Assembly (NCBI GenBank): GCA_044892525.1
Contig: CM097885.1
Coordinates: forward strand, 51,214,001 to 51,278,000
DNA length: 64,000 nt
Direction of reading: 5' to 3'
Origin: Schmidtea polychroa
Lineage: Eukaryota
The notes beneath the pieces are model-generated. The model did not search any database and was not told where the DNA came from. It worked only from the letters and a program-made list of their open reading frames with translations. This document shows, piece by piece, positions 52,994 to 64,000 of this stretch. The translations under genes and the position numbers were made by a program. Positions within the stretch are counted from its first letter, which is position 1; every line of letters starts with the position of its first letter.

Positions 52994-53707
52994 ATGAAAA
53001 TTAATGAAGAAATGATTGAAGAATTATTTGTAAGATTCTTTACAGATGTAACGTTATATTGTAATGATATGAGAAAATGCTTTTGGCAAATTGAGAAAAT
53101 GTATTGGTACTATTTGCATTTAATTAAATCTTCGTCAGTATCATCAAAGATTGGCATGAAAGAATTTATTGAAGAAATTAAAAGTTATCTTCTAGAAATT
53201 TTACCTGAAGGAATAAATATCGAAGTAGAATATGAAAAATGGACGAATAGTCGTAAATCTATTCCTCGTATTAAAGTAATTCTGCTTGATCGAACTTTCA
53301 AAAATACAGTTTTGACTAAAGGATTTTTTAATGATTATCTCATATTTCCGGGAGGTAAAATAGAAGAAACCGACACATCCTTAGTTGAAGCTGCAATCAG
53401 AGAAACATATGAAGAAATTGGTGTAGATATTACAAATTACATTGACGAATCGCTTTATTTTGATTTAGTCCAATACGGTATAAAAAATAGATATTTTGTT
53501 GTTCCAAATATGGACAAAAACATTTATATGAAGCCGAATGTCCCAAATGAAGTTGAATACATCAAATGGTTTCCTTTGAAATATTTACCCGATATACCAA
53601 AAGGATATGATTTAAAAGAAAGAGATATGAAACTCATTAGTGAATCGGTTTTAAAACTTAAAGAAATCTTAAGAGACACTGAAAACTTTTCAATACTTTA
53701 TGGCTAA
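52994..53707 (+). CDS. DCP2: Compact Dcp2-like mRNA decapping enzyme paralog, 237 aa, intronless
   Basis: Aligns without gaps to 50515-51222; Nudix box FPGGKIEETDTSLVEAAIRETYEEIG. Confidence 0.88.
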   Translation: MKINEEMIEELFVRFFTDVTLYCNDMRKCFWQIEKMYWYYLHLIKSSSVSSKIGMKEFIEEIKSYLLEILPEGINIEVEYEKWTNSRKSIPRIKVILLDRTFKNTVLTKGFFNDYLIFPGGKIEETDTSLVEAAIRETYEEIGVDITNYIDESLYFDLVQYGIKNRYFVVPNMDKNIYMKPNVPNEVEYIKWFPLKYLPDIPKGYDLKERDMKLISESVLKLKEILRDTENFSILYG

Positions 53708-54198
53708 ACCATGTTAATCTTTATTTGTCATTCGACAAGTTAGATTCGAGATAAATATTTCAGTGAAACAATACATTTTACTTCATTATCAATATAAATT
53801 TTGAGAATTTGCTATTTTACTACATACATTCATTCATTATTTATTTATTTAATTTGTTATAATGATTTGTTTATATGAGAAATTCATATAATCATTTCAG
53901 GGGATTTATTTTTCTTAATAAAAAAAACTACAAATTTTCAAAACAATCTGTGATAATTATTTTCATTTAATTATTATTGTCTACTCAATTATAACTCAAT
54001 TGTAATTATAAATATATTTTATTTAATTGTTATAAATATAGATTTCTCATTTCTATATGCTAAAATTAAAGTTTCTGTTTTTGTCGTTTCTTGACAATTT
54101 GGAGAAATAAAGGGAAAAAATATCAAAATCAAAATTTACTCTAATAAATTATAAAAAACAGAAGACAGCTTAACTTTAATTATATAATTTATAATATA

Positions 54199-55705
54199 CA
54201 GGTAACCCTCGATTAACACGGTAGTTTGGTTCCAAGAATTCTCCGTGCTAATTAAAATCGTGTTAATCGAGACTAACAATTAATACAATTCATGGGGTTT
54301 GGTTCCAAAAAATTTTAAAAATTATTTATGTTTTTGATAGTTTTTATTATTTTTATGCATCCAGTACAAAAAAAGAAGATTGAAATACAAATAGACTTGA
54401 AATCAAAAAATAACAAAAAATAGTAAAATAAATTCATTCATAGATAAGGTTAACAAATTCCATCATAATCACTTTCAACTTCATCATCACTCTCAAAAGC
54501 TCTGAAAAAATGTGTAATATGTGGCTGATTCATTTTTACTGGTGCTTCTTCATCACTTCAATAATTTTCTGACACTTCATTAGTCGCTTGTGGTTTCTGG
54601 ATTATGGTTATAAAATCAGTGAGAAGAGCCTGTTTTTGATTTTTTTTAAGTTCTTTCTCGACTTCTCGGTAAGGAGCTAAGCATTTTTCTATCTCGCGTT
54701 GAATTTTCAGACTACGGTCCATTGACGGATCATTGGCAAGGAAATGGTTTTCTAATTTTTTAGCCATCTCAAATCCTTCTCTTAATGATTTGAGTGTGAA
54801 GTTTGGCTCTGCGGCATCAGTCTCAGTATCAGTGTCTGAACTTGGTAAATCCGTATAAGTTTCGTTGACCATCGCCACTAACTCCTCTTCTCCCAAATTT
54901 GGTTCGGCTAGCAATTCTTCCACTACCTGAATGGCCAAATCTTCAAATCCTTCTCCGCCTAAGGTATGAGCTAAATCGACAATAGCACGATATTCATCCA
55001 CCACTGGTTGAATTCTATTATTAAGTAGAACCACTTCAGGCCATATAGGTTTCCAGCTACCGTTTAATGTGGAAGGTCGTAATTCCTCTACAGCCAAAGC
55101 AACTATTTTTACACAGTCCAAAATTGTAAAGTTCTTCCATACTTGACTGACGGTTAAGCTTGAATCTGAGTCCATTTCATCTAAAATTTTTTTAAACGTT
55201 CGCCTGATGTAGTATGCCTTAAATGTTGATATAACACCCTGATCTAAGGGTTGGGTTAATGACGTTGTATTAGGTGAAAAGAAAACGACCTTGACATTAG
55301 GATGACTTAGCTCTTGAGGATGTCCAGTAGCATTATCCAATAACAATAAAACCTTAAAAATAACAATAACAAATAACAATAAAAACCTTAAATTTGAAAA
55401 CGTACATTACATATGTTAACATATTTAAAAAAAAACAAGCCAACTAAGATTGTACAAATTTGAAAATGTACATTACATTACATATATTTATTTATATACG
55501 TATATGTACATAAAAAAGTCAACTAAGATTGTACAAATTTGAATTTTGAAACCGTGTTAATTAAGGGTTTTCATCAATTTTGAAACCGTGTAAAATCAAA
55601 ATCGTGCTAAAAAATATCGTGTTAGACAAGGGTGTGCCGCAATATTTTAACCGTGTTAAAGCGAAATCGTGTTATTCAAGTACCGTGTTAATCGAGGGTT
55701 ACCTG
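54199..55705 (-). mobile_element. Internally deleted Tigger/pogo element
   Basis: Perfect 25-bp TIR CAGGTAACCCTCGATTAACACGGTA, TA TSD, many (A/T)CGTGTTA subterminal repeats. Confidence 0.95.
54558..55356 (-). pseudogene. C-terminal half of Tigger (DDE_1) transposase
   Basis: KVLLLLDNATGHP...PNTTSLTQPLDQGVISTFKAYY; N-terminal HTH and first Asp are absent. Confidence 0.9.
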
Positions 55706-56739
55706 TAATACATTTATTATTTATAACTATATTTATTAAAATTAATTTACATTATTATATATAAATTATTTATAATTAAAAATGAACTTTAAATAGTCAA
55801 AGAAGCAGAAGTTAGAGTAAATTTCGTAGAAATAATTGAAGAGAAATTTCCAAATGCTGCAATTTTGCAATATTTGGCTCCTAAGATCTTTGAATTCACT
55901 GAATCCTCTGCTCATGAGAACAAAATATCCTTTCGGAATTGATCATTCAGAATGATGATTTAGTTAATTAATTGTTCTTCCTGTTCTCAATTACTTCATA
56001 TTGACATTCTTTTGTTAAAAGAACCACCTAAAACACATCAATAAGTTTTTATAAATTATGTAATTTTTATATTATGGTGCTTTCACGTTTCTCATGGGTA
56101 CTAAAATCTGTATTATTGTGTTTTATATTGAATTTTGGTCAGGATTTAATCTGCACTGACTCTGTCTCCTTTTGATAAAAATAATTTAGAACCCAGAAAA
56201 TGATAAGTATTATTTTTTTAAATAATAAATTCATACAATCAACATTTTCCAAAATAATTGATTAAATTGACTCCTTTGACTCCGAATAAATGCTTTGGGA
56301 TAAACACATATTTTTCTTTCTTTTACAAATTCGTAATATTATTTCTCGCCTGATGTCTCTGTGATTTTTCTCTTGTTTATGATTTCTGGTCTCTTTCTGA
56401 TTTCTGGTGCCTATAATGTTTTTCCCGCTGGTCTTACTAATGTCTCCGCTTTTATACTGTTGTATAATTGGATGATAGCCTCAAAGATAAGTTCTTGAAA
56501 AACTGTAATTATTTATTTAATGAACGAAAAATAGTTACCGAGTTCTATAAACAATAATTAGACTAAAACTGGCAGACTTGTGGTTATCAATAAACTTTTG
56601 AATAATTAATTATTTAGTTAATTAGTTGTATTTTTTGTAATTAACTTACATGGAGACCCCATCAATTTTTAATTATTATATTTTTCTAATTTTTAATTCG
56701 ATACGCGCTTAACTTTATTTCTGAAAACTTTGATTTTTG

Positions 56740-57117
56740 ATTTTAACCGTCGAATTAATACTGGAGAAACTGGTCAAAAACCATATTTTTTATTTTATTT
56801 GGATATAAGTGATAAAAAAATTTCGACAAAAATTTTATTATTTACTGAAAAAAAATATTTTTTGACAACTGAATTTCTCAATGGATTTGCCCGAGTATAC
56901 TCGGGTGAACAATAAAATTTTGAAAAAAATAATAATAAAATATTTTAACTAAGCTGAAATTTTTTCTGTGCCTATATAAACTGTTAACGAAATGTTAATG
57001 AAATGGACAGCGCAGAACTCCATTATATATAATATGCAGTTTGCCCGAGTATTCTCAGGATATACCAAATTTACTCTTTTTATTGCCAGAGTATACTCGG
57101 ATAAGACCGTTAAAGGG
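56740..57117. mobile_element. piggyBac-like terminal fragment
   Basis: Three CCGAGTATACTCGG-type palindromes and a GACCGTTAAAGGG|TTA end; other end not identified. Confidence 0.55.
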
Positions 57118-57819
57118 TTATTTAATTTTTTATTTTATTTAACTTTTTAATGCAAATATTTTATTGTTTTGTATTGTATATTTATTAGGAAAATATGTAA
57201 AATATCTTACTGCATTCGAAAATGATTAATTCAGAATTATATACCGTGTTTTTATATTAGAGGTCCTTTTTTCCAACGATGGTTAGATAAAAAATGGAAA
57301 ATCGATTGTTGCATAAAATTTGAAAAAGACTATATTAAATTTGTTTTGAAATAAAAATTGAAAGAACATTTTGAAAGAATTTTTATTCTTTGTTTAAAAA
57401 ACGTTTAGAGTGCCATAAGTAGAAATGTATACATGTTGAATAAAGAAAGAAGACATTTTGATCAAAATAATATGATTTAAATTTAGACGCCAGGGAAGAA
57501 AATATGATTTTAGTACCCCGAATTTTCTTCGTATTCATTACAATTGTTTGTTTACTGACCCAATATTTATTTATTTTAAGTACGAACATAAAAATAAATA
57601 TGAAAATTAGAAGAATCAGAAAACTAAATAAGACATTTTAATGATACTATTAAAAACAGGTAAGGCACATTAAGATATTTAAATTAATGTTTTCAATGAA
57701 CTGATTTAGGTAATTTGCCAGTGATGTGATTTCCAGTTTACCAGGGAAAGTATACAATAGAGTTTACTCAGCAATATTGTATACTTATGTGGTATGAAGA
57801 GAAATCTTCGCGTCTCCTG

Positions 57820-57864
57820 CATAGTACTGATGAGAGCCAAAAGCTCGAAGCTAGTCTACTAATG
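57820..57864 (+). ncRNA. Minimal type I hammerhead ribozyme motif (Penelope-type), one core variant
   Basis: TAGTA-CTGATGA-GAGC caaaa GCTC-GAAG-CTAG-TC^-TACTA; GAAG in place of GAAA. Confidence 0.75.
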
Positions 57865-57899
57865 GGATTTACACTGGGTATCACTAAGCTTGTAATGTT

Positions 57900-58007
<108 letters not shown>

Positions 58008-59830
58008 CTGATGGCATGCACAATCAAATTTTCACGTCAATATCAATAAAATTTAATTTAAAGTATCAAATTACCAAATTTATTAATAAATAAAAGAATA
58101 TTAATTATTTAAGATTATAAGCCAGTTATTTAAACGTTAAATCTTTCTTAACTTTAGAAATAACAATCAGATTTCAATTGTTTTATTTATTCAATCAATT
58201 TAAGGCGGTTGCGCACTTGTCACTATATTTACTGAATAAATTATTAAAATGCGTCGTGAGTGAAATTAAACGTATATTTTTTAATATTAAACAAATATTT
58301 GATAAATAATTTATATTTTATACTATATTTAAAAATATATTAATAGTAAGTAAATGTGATATGACGAACAAAAAACATTCTGGTGTTCATGGAACTGATA
58401 AATATTCGATTACGACATGTTAAAAGCAATTATTTATAAAAAAGAGTCATATTTTTCAATTTCTTCAATATATTTTTTTTAATTTTCATTGTTATTTACA
58501 CTTATTTAAAAATGTTTTTTATGAAAAAGTTAAAATTTAACATGTGAAAACAGTTTTTCATGAATCATTTTACTTCTAAAATAATATAAGAATGAATTTT
58601 TTAAAATAAAATTAGTTTAATACATATATCGAAACTGCATTATGATTGCTAGATTAAAACGGCCGCTGTTTATTTTACTTTTTTAAATAAGAATATGTAA
58701 ATAATTTACGTCTACCAATAATAATTGTATGTGAGATAAAATTTACAATAAAAGAAACTTAAATAAAATTGAATAGTAAAATAATTATAATTATTTGAAA
58801 TATTGTTGAATGTTGAAAATTATGTTATTATTATAATTATTATGTTATTATTATAATTATGTTATTATTATAATTATAATTTTTCTGGGATTTTCAATAC
58901 AAAAAAAGGCCCTATAGAAAAAGGCCAAAATTTCTCTGACTATAGTGAGGGGGTCTCAATGGTCCTGGGATTTTCAATACAAATATCAAAAAAGCATAGA
59001 ATTTTCTAAGTAAATTAAGATGAGTCTCCTTGGTCCTGGATTCTTCAATGCAAAAAATTGGACTAAAGTAATCAATGGGCTCAGATTTTTGAATTAAAGT
59101 AAATTATTGTTCAAATTTTTAAATTAAAGTAATCAGTGGGTTCAACTAAGTAAGTAAAGGTCCAAATTTTAAAATTAAATTAAATTATGGTCTACAATTT
59201 TGAATTACAGTAAATTGAAGTCTCAGATTTTTAAATTAAAGTAATCAGTGGGTTACAATAAGTAAAGTAAAAATTTTAAAATAAAAGTAAAATAAGGTTC
59301 AAATAAGTAAATTAAAGTAAATTAAGGTCCAAATTATTTAATTAAAGTAATCAATAAGTTAATTCAGGTCCAAATTTTTAAATTAAAGTAAATTAAAGTT
59401 CAAATTATTGGTTAAATTTGTAAATAAAGGGTATATTTGATTGTTTATGGTTCAAAATTAAGTAATACAAGGATAAATAGGTAAATTATAGTAAATTTTA
59501 AAATAAATGTAAATAAATGTAAGAAGTAAATTAAAGTAAGATTTTTAAATTTATTAACAAAAACATTGAATAACCACAAATTTTTTGAGAAATGAAATTT
59601 TGTAATGAAAATTAATAAGGAATAATTTTTTAAGTCAATTTTTAATGGAAATATTTATGAAATAATTTTCAAAGTCAATTTTAGATTGAAATTTTAATGG
59701 AATAATTTTTAAAGTCAAATTTAAATAAAAATGTTTATGAAATAATTTTTAGAGTCAATTTTAGGTGCAAATTTTTGTCAATTAATCATTCACTACATGA
59801 AATTATTGGTTAAATAAGTAAATAAGGGTT

Positions 59831-60358
<528 letters not shown>

Positions 60359-60725
60359 CAAATCAATTATGGATCCAAGAAATAACGAACCAATAATTTG
60401 ATTGGGATATCTGAATAAATTGGAAGCTTGATAATTAATTGTTACTTTTTATGATTAGTAGTGAACAATTAAATACATTTTTTGGTTAATCAAAGAATAT
60501 CGTGTTTTTTGAGTTATAATAAATAAATCATATTTTTTTATGGATATTAAATCAAATCATGTTGTTTTAATTTTTTAAGTAAATACTCTTTTTTGAATAT
60601 ATTCTTTGTGAGAGGAAATTTAAAAGTGTAACTTTGAGTATAATAAATTATTTTGATATTCTAAAAAGATATCTGTGTTATTCCTTTATATATTCAAGAT
60701 TAACGCATTTGTATTATTGTAACAA

Positions 60726-60836
60726 ATGCCACCTATTCATACGTCATTGGAAGAATGGATTAATGAGATTATCGTTTCACCAGTTTTGTTTATCTTCAGC
60801 AAAACTACATGTCCCTATTGCTTGAAAATAAAGAAA
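60726..60836 (+). pseudogene. TGR: 5' fragment of thioredoxin-glutathione reductase (glutaredoxin domain start)
   Basis: MPPIHTSLEEWINEIIVSPVLFIFSKTTCPYCLKIK resembles the flatworm TGR N-terminus (MPP...W...FSKTTCPYC). Similarity is lost right after; no further exons seen. Confidence 0.75.
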
Positions 60837-63800
60837 TATGCTGATGTTCAAATAAATCTTATGGCTAGGAAACCAGATTTGATTACCTTAACCACCACAG
60901 GGTTATATTCGTTTTTTAAGTAAATTATGTTGTAAAATGTTAAATTAAGTAATACAAGGATAAATAGGTAAATTAAGGACAAATAAGTAAATTAAATTAA
61001 TATTTGGTAAACAAAGGTTAAATTAAGTAAATAAATGGTTAAATTAAATTAAATCAAGGTCCTATCTAGGTACTATCTAGACACTATTTACAATATGTTA
61101 CCAACTACCGGCTACTAAATATTTTTAACTAGGTGCTAACAAATAAGTACTAAATACTTACAACATGATACCATGTACTAAAAACCAACAACAAGCAACC
61201 ACCTAAGTACCAGATACCAAGTACTAACTAACTCTCTCAACTAAATATTCTTCATTGTATTTTATCAAATGCCTTTTAAATAAATAAAAAAAATTTTTAG
61301 TCTTCGAAAAAACCTTTTCTAAGTGTCTAAATTTAACAAAAACGATGATTTTCATCAAAACATGAATAATTGTCAAACACTTTAAAACACCATGTGGAAA
61401 TGAGGATAATTTAAATTACAATAAAGGAATAAAGAATTCTAATTCACAAAACATTCTTTTTTTAATTGATTACAACTGACTTATTATTGCAAAGTAAAAC
61501 TTGCATTCAATAAATAGTTATTGTTGATTCGTTTTATTATTTATACTCAGAGTTTATCCGACAGTATGTTTTGTCCCTCTATTGGTATTGCTCACAAGGG
61601 TACTGGTGGTAAAGGTACTGGTCGTAAGGGTATTTGTCACACTACCCATTAACTAGCTAGCTACCATGTACTAACAACCAACAGCAAATCCCATCGAGAA
61701 ATTAACAAATATCTACCTATAACTATATAACAACAATAAGTTAACAACACCGTACCAACTACCAAGTAAAAGATACCAACAACTTAGTATCATCAACCAG
61801 TAACTTACGAACACATATTTACAACCAGTTACCAAGTACTTACAACAAGATACCAAGCACTATCGGCCAAGTACTTACTATTAGAAACCAAGTACCAACA
61901 ATCAACTAGCAACACATAAAAATTATAGCAATCATCACATACACTCTTTTCTTCTCATCATCTACAACTAAGCTCTAACAAATACCCACAACTATATATA
62001 TCAACAAATAGATCATAAAGAAAAAATCCTCTTCACATGAAAACATTGGATGAAAAATAATTTGAACTTAAGGCATCAATAACTTGGTAAAAATGGATTA
62101 AATAATTGTAAACATTCAAATCATAATAAATAAATATCAAAAATATGTAATTAATGGACAAGAAAGAACTTTAAATTCTAGTGATTAATCATCCAGTAAA
62201 TAACAATAATACTAATCATTCAAGTTAAAATGAATCAACTAAGTTAATAAATAAGATCTAGTAGATAATTGATTTAGATTGAATAAATTAATCAACTAAG
62301 ATAATAAAGTTATAAGAATTTTGAAATAAGATCTAGTAGATTGAATAAATTAATTAATTTTAATTATTGTTTTAAAAGTAATACATGTATACTCAAATTG
62401 ATTGACTGATTGCTCAAAATATTCAAAAAATTCAGTATAAATTCATTACAATTATCAAAGTCGTCAATCGTTCAGCAAAATTTTTATTTAAATTTGACTT
62501 TAAAAAATATTTCATAAAAATTTCAATCTAAAATTGACTTTGAAAAATATTTCCATTAAAAATTGACTTAAAAAATTATTCCATTTAAATTTTCATTAAA
62601 AAATTTCATTTCTCAAAAGATTTGTGATTATTTAATGTTTTTGTTAATAAATTTAAAATTCTTACTTTAATTTACTTTTATTTTTAAATTTTTACTTTAA
62701 TTTACTTAATTTAAAAATATTATTAACTTTAAAATTTTAGACCATTGATTACTTAATTAAAAAATGTGAACCTTAATTAACTTTAATTTAACTATAATTT
62801 ACCTATTTATCCTTTTATTACTTAATTTTAAATCATAATTTACTTAACAAGCAAATATACCCTTTATTTACATATTTAACCAATATTTTGAAATTTTATT
62901 TACTTTATTTTAAAAATTTGGACCTTAATTAACTTATTTGAGCTCATTGATTACTTTAATTAAAGAATTTGGACCTTAATTTACTTTAATTTACTTATTT
63001 GAACTTTAATTAACTTTAATTTAAAATTTTAGAAACTTAATTTACTTTAATTTAAAAATCTGAGCCCATAGTTTACTTTAATTTAAAAATTAACCCATAA
63101 TTTACTTATTTGAACCCATTGATTACTTTAATTCAAAAATTTGAACCATAAAATACGTTAATTCAAAAATCTGAGCCCATTGATTACTTTAGTCCAATTT
63201 TTCGACCATAATTTACCTATTTATTCTTAATTTACCATGCCTTTTTAGTGTAGACTGATTTTTGCATTGAAGATCCCAGGACCAAGGAGACCCACCTCAA
63301 TAATATTTGGAAATATCCATGCTTTTTAGTGTAGACTCTTTTTTGTATTGAAAATCCCAGTACCAAAGAGACCCACCTCACTATAGTCAGAGAAATCCTT
63401 GAATTTTTTAGAGATAGTCGGATTTTGCATTGAAAATCCCAGGACCATGGAGATCCACCTTAATTTAGTTTGAAAAATTCTTGCTTTTTTAGTGATAATT
63501 GAATTTTGTATTGAAAATCTCAGGACCATTGAGACCCTCTCACTATAGTCAGAGAAATCTTGGCCTTTTTTTGTATTGAAAATTTTATTTTGTATTGAAT
63601 ATCCCAGAAAAAATAAGTGTAGCTCCCGGCAACAATTACGTAACTGAAAACAAAAAAACTAAATGGCAACAATTTACCCTTTTATAAATCAAATTTTTAT
63701 AAATCAAACCCAGCACAGAACACATTTATTGATTCTCAAAACAAATGACAAAATGTCACTATGTTTTCACACTTCCTTCGGAAATCAGTTTACTTACGTA

Positions 63801-64000
63801 TAATGAGGTGACTTATTGGACAATCGCCTTTTCTTGTACGTCTATCTTTGTAATCTCTTTTGAACTTTCTCTAGGCCTTAGAGTCTAGGGATCTTCACTA
63901 AATTTTAATTAATTTTTTAATTTTATTTAATTTTATTATGCTTTTATTATACTAACCCCAGTAATTCTATTAAAAAGTTATTTGACACATGGTTTAACTG

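Noticed and set aside
50515..53707. Giant-virus or Polinton insertion as the origin of the Nudix pair
   Set aside because: No capsid, packaging ATPase, PolB or other viral hallmark gene is visible, and Box A points to cellular Dcp2. Not excluded without a phylogeny.
62475..63610. CRISPR-like array in regularly recurring motifs
   Set aside because: Eukaryotic context; repeats are degenerate and the intervening sequences are themselves repeated, as in transposon arms.

Overview
Very AT-rich eukaryotic genomic DNA, most likely a flatworm (planarian-like). This assignment is an inference from a platyhelminth-style TGR N-terminus (MPP..W..FSKTTCPYC), an intronless DmsR-type peptide GPCR and the repeat spectrum. 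Most of the window is nested transposon debris: two related Ty3/gypsy elements, pogo/Tigger, hAT, piggyBac and Mutator elements and MITEs, a long modular foldback-like repeat family, and (AAT)n/(TA)n microsatellites. Intact non-transposon ORFs are the GPCR (25.5-26.6 kb), an orphan 248-aa ORF (46.8-47.5 kb) and a head-to-head pair of compact, intronless, diverged Dcp2-like Nudix decapping enzymes (50.5-53.7 kb). Most notable: (i) the tail-less Dcp2 pair with altered cap-contacting positions; (ii) a GC-richer island at 44.07-48.3 kb with an LTR-like promoter unit, a strongly structured RNA-like element and an orphan ORF lying just downstream of a polypurine-tract/TG junction; (iii) a -1 frameshift signal with a covarying stem shared by both gypsy copies; (iv) a minimal hammerhead ribozyme motif; (v) host gene fragments (RNF115/126-type RING, TGR) lodged inside mobile elements. 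All alignments and folds were done by eye and no database search was run.
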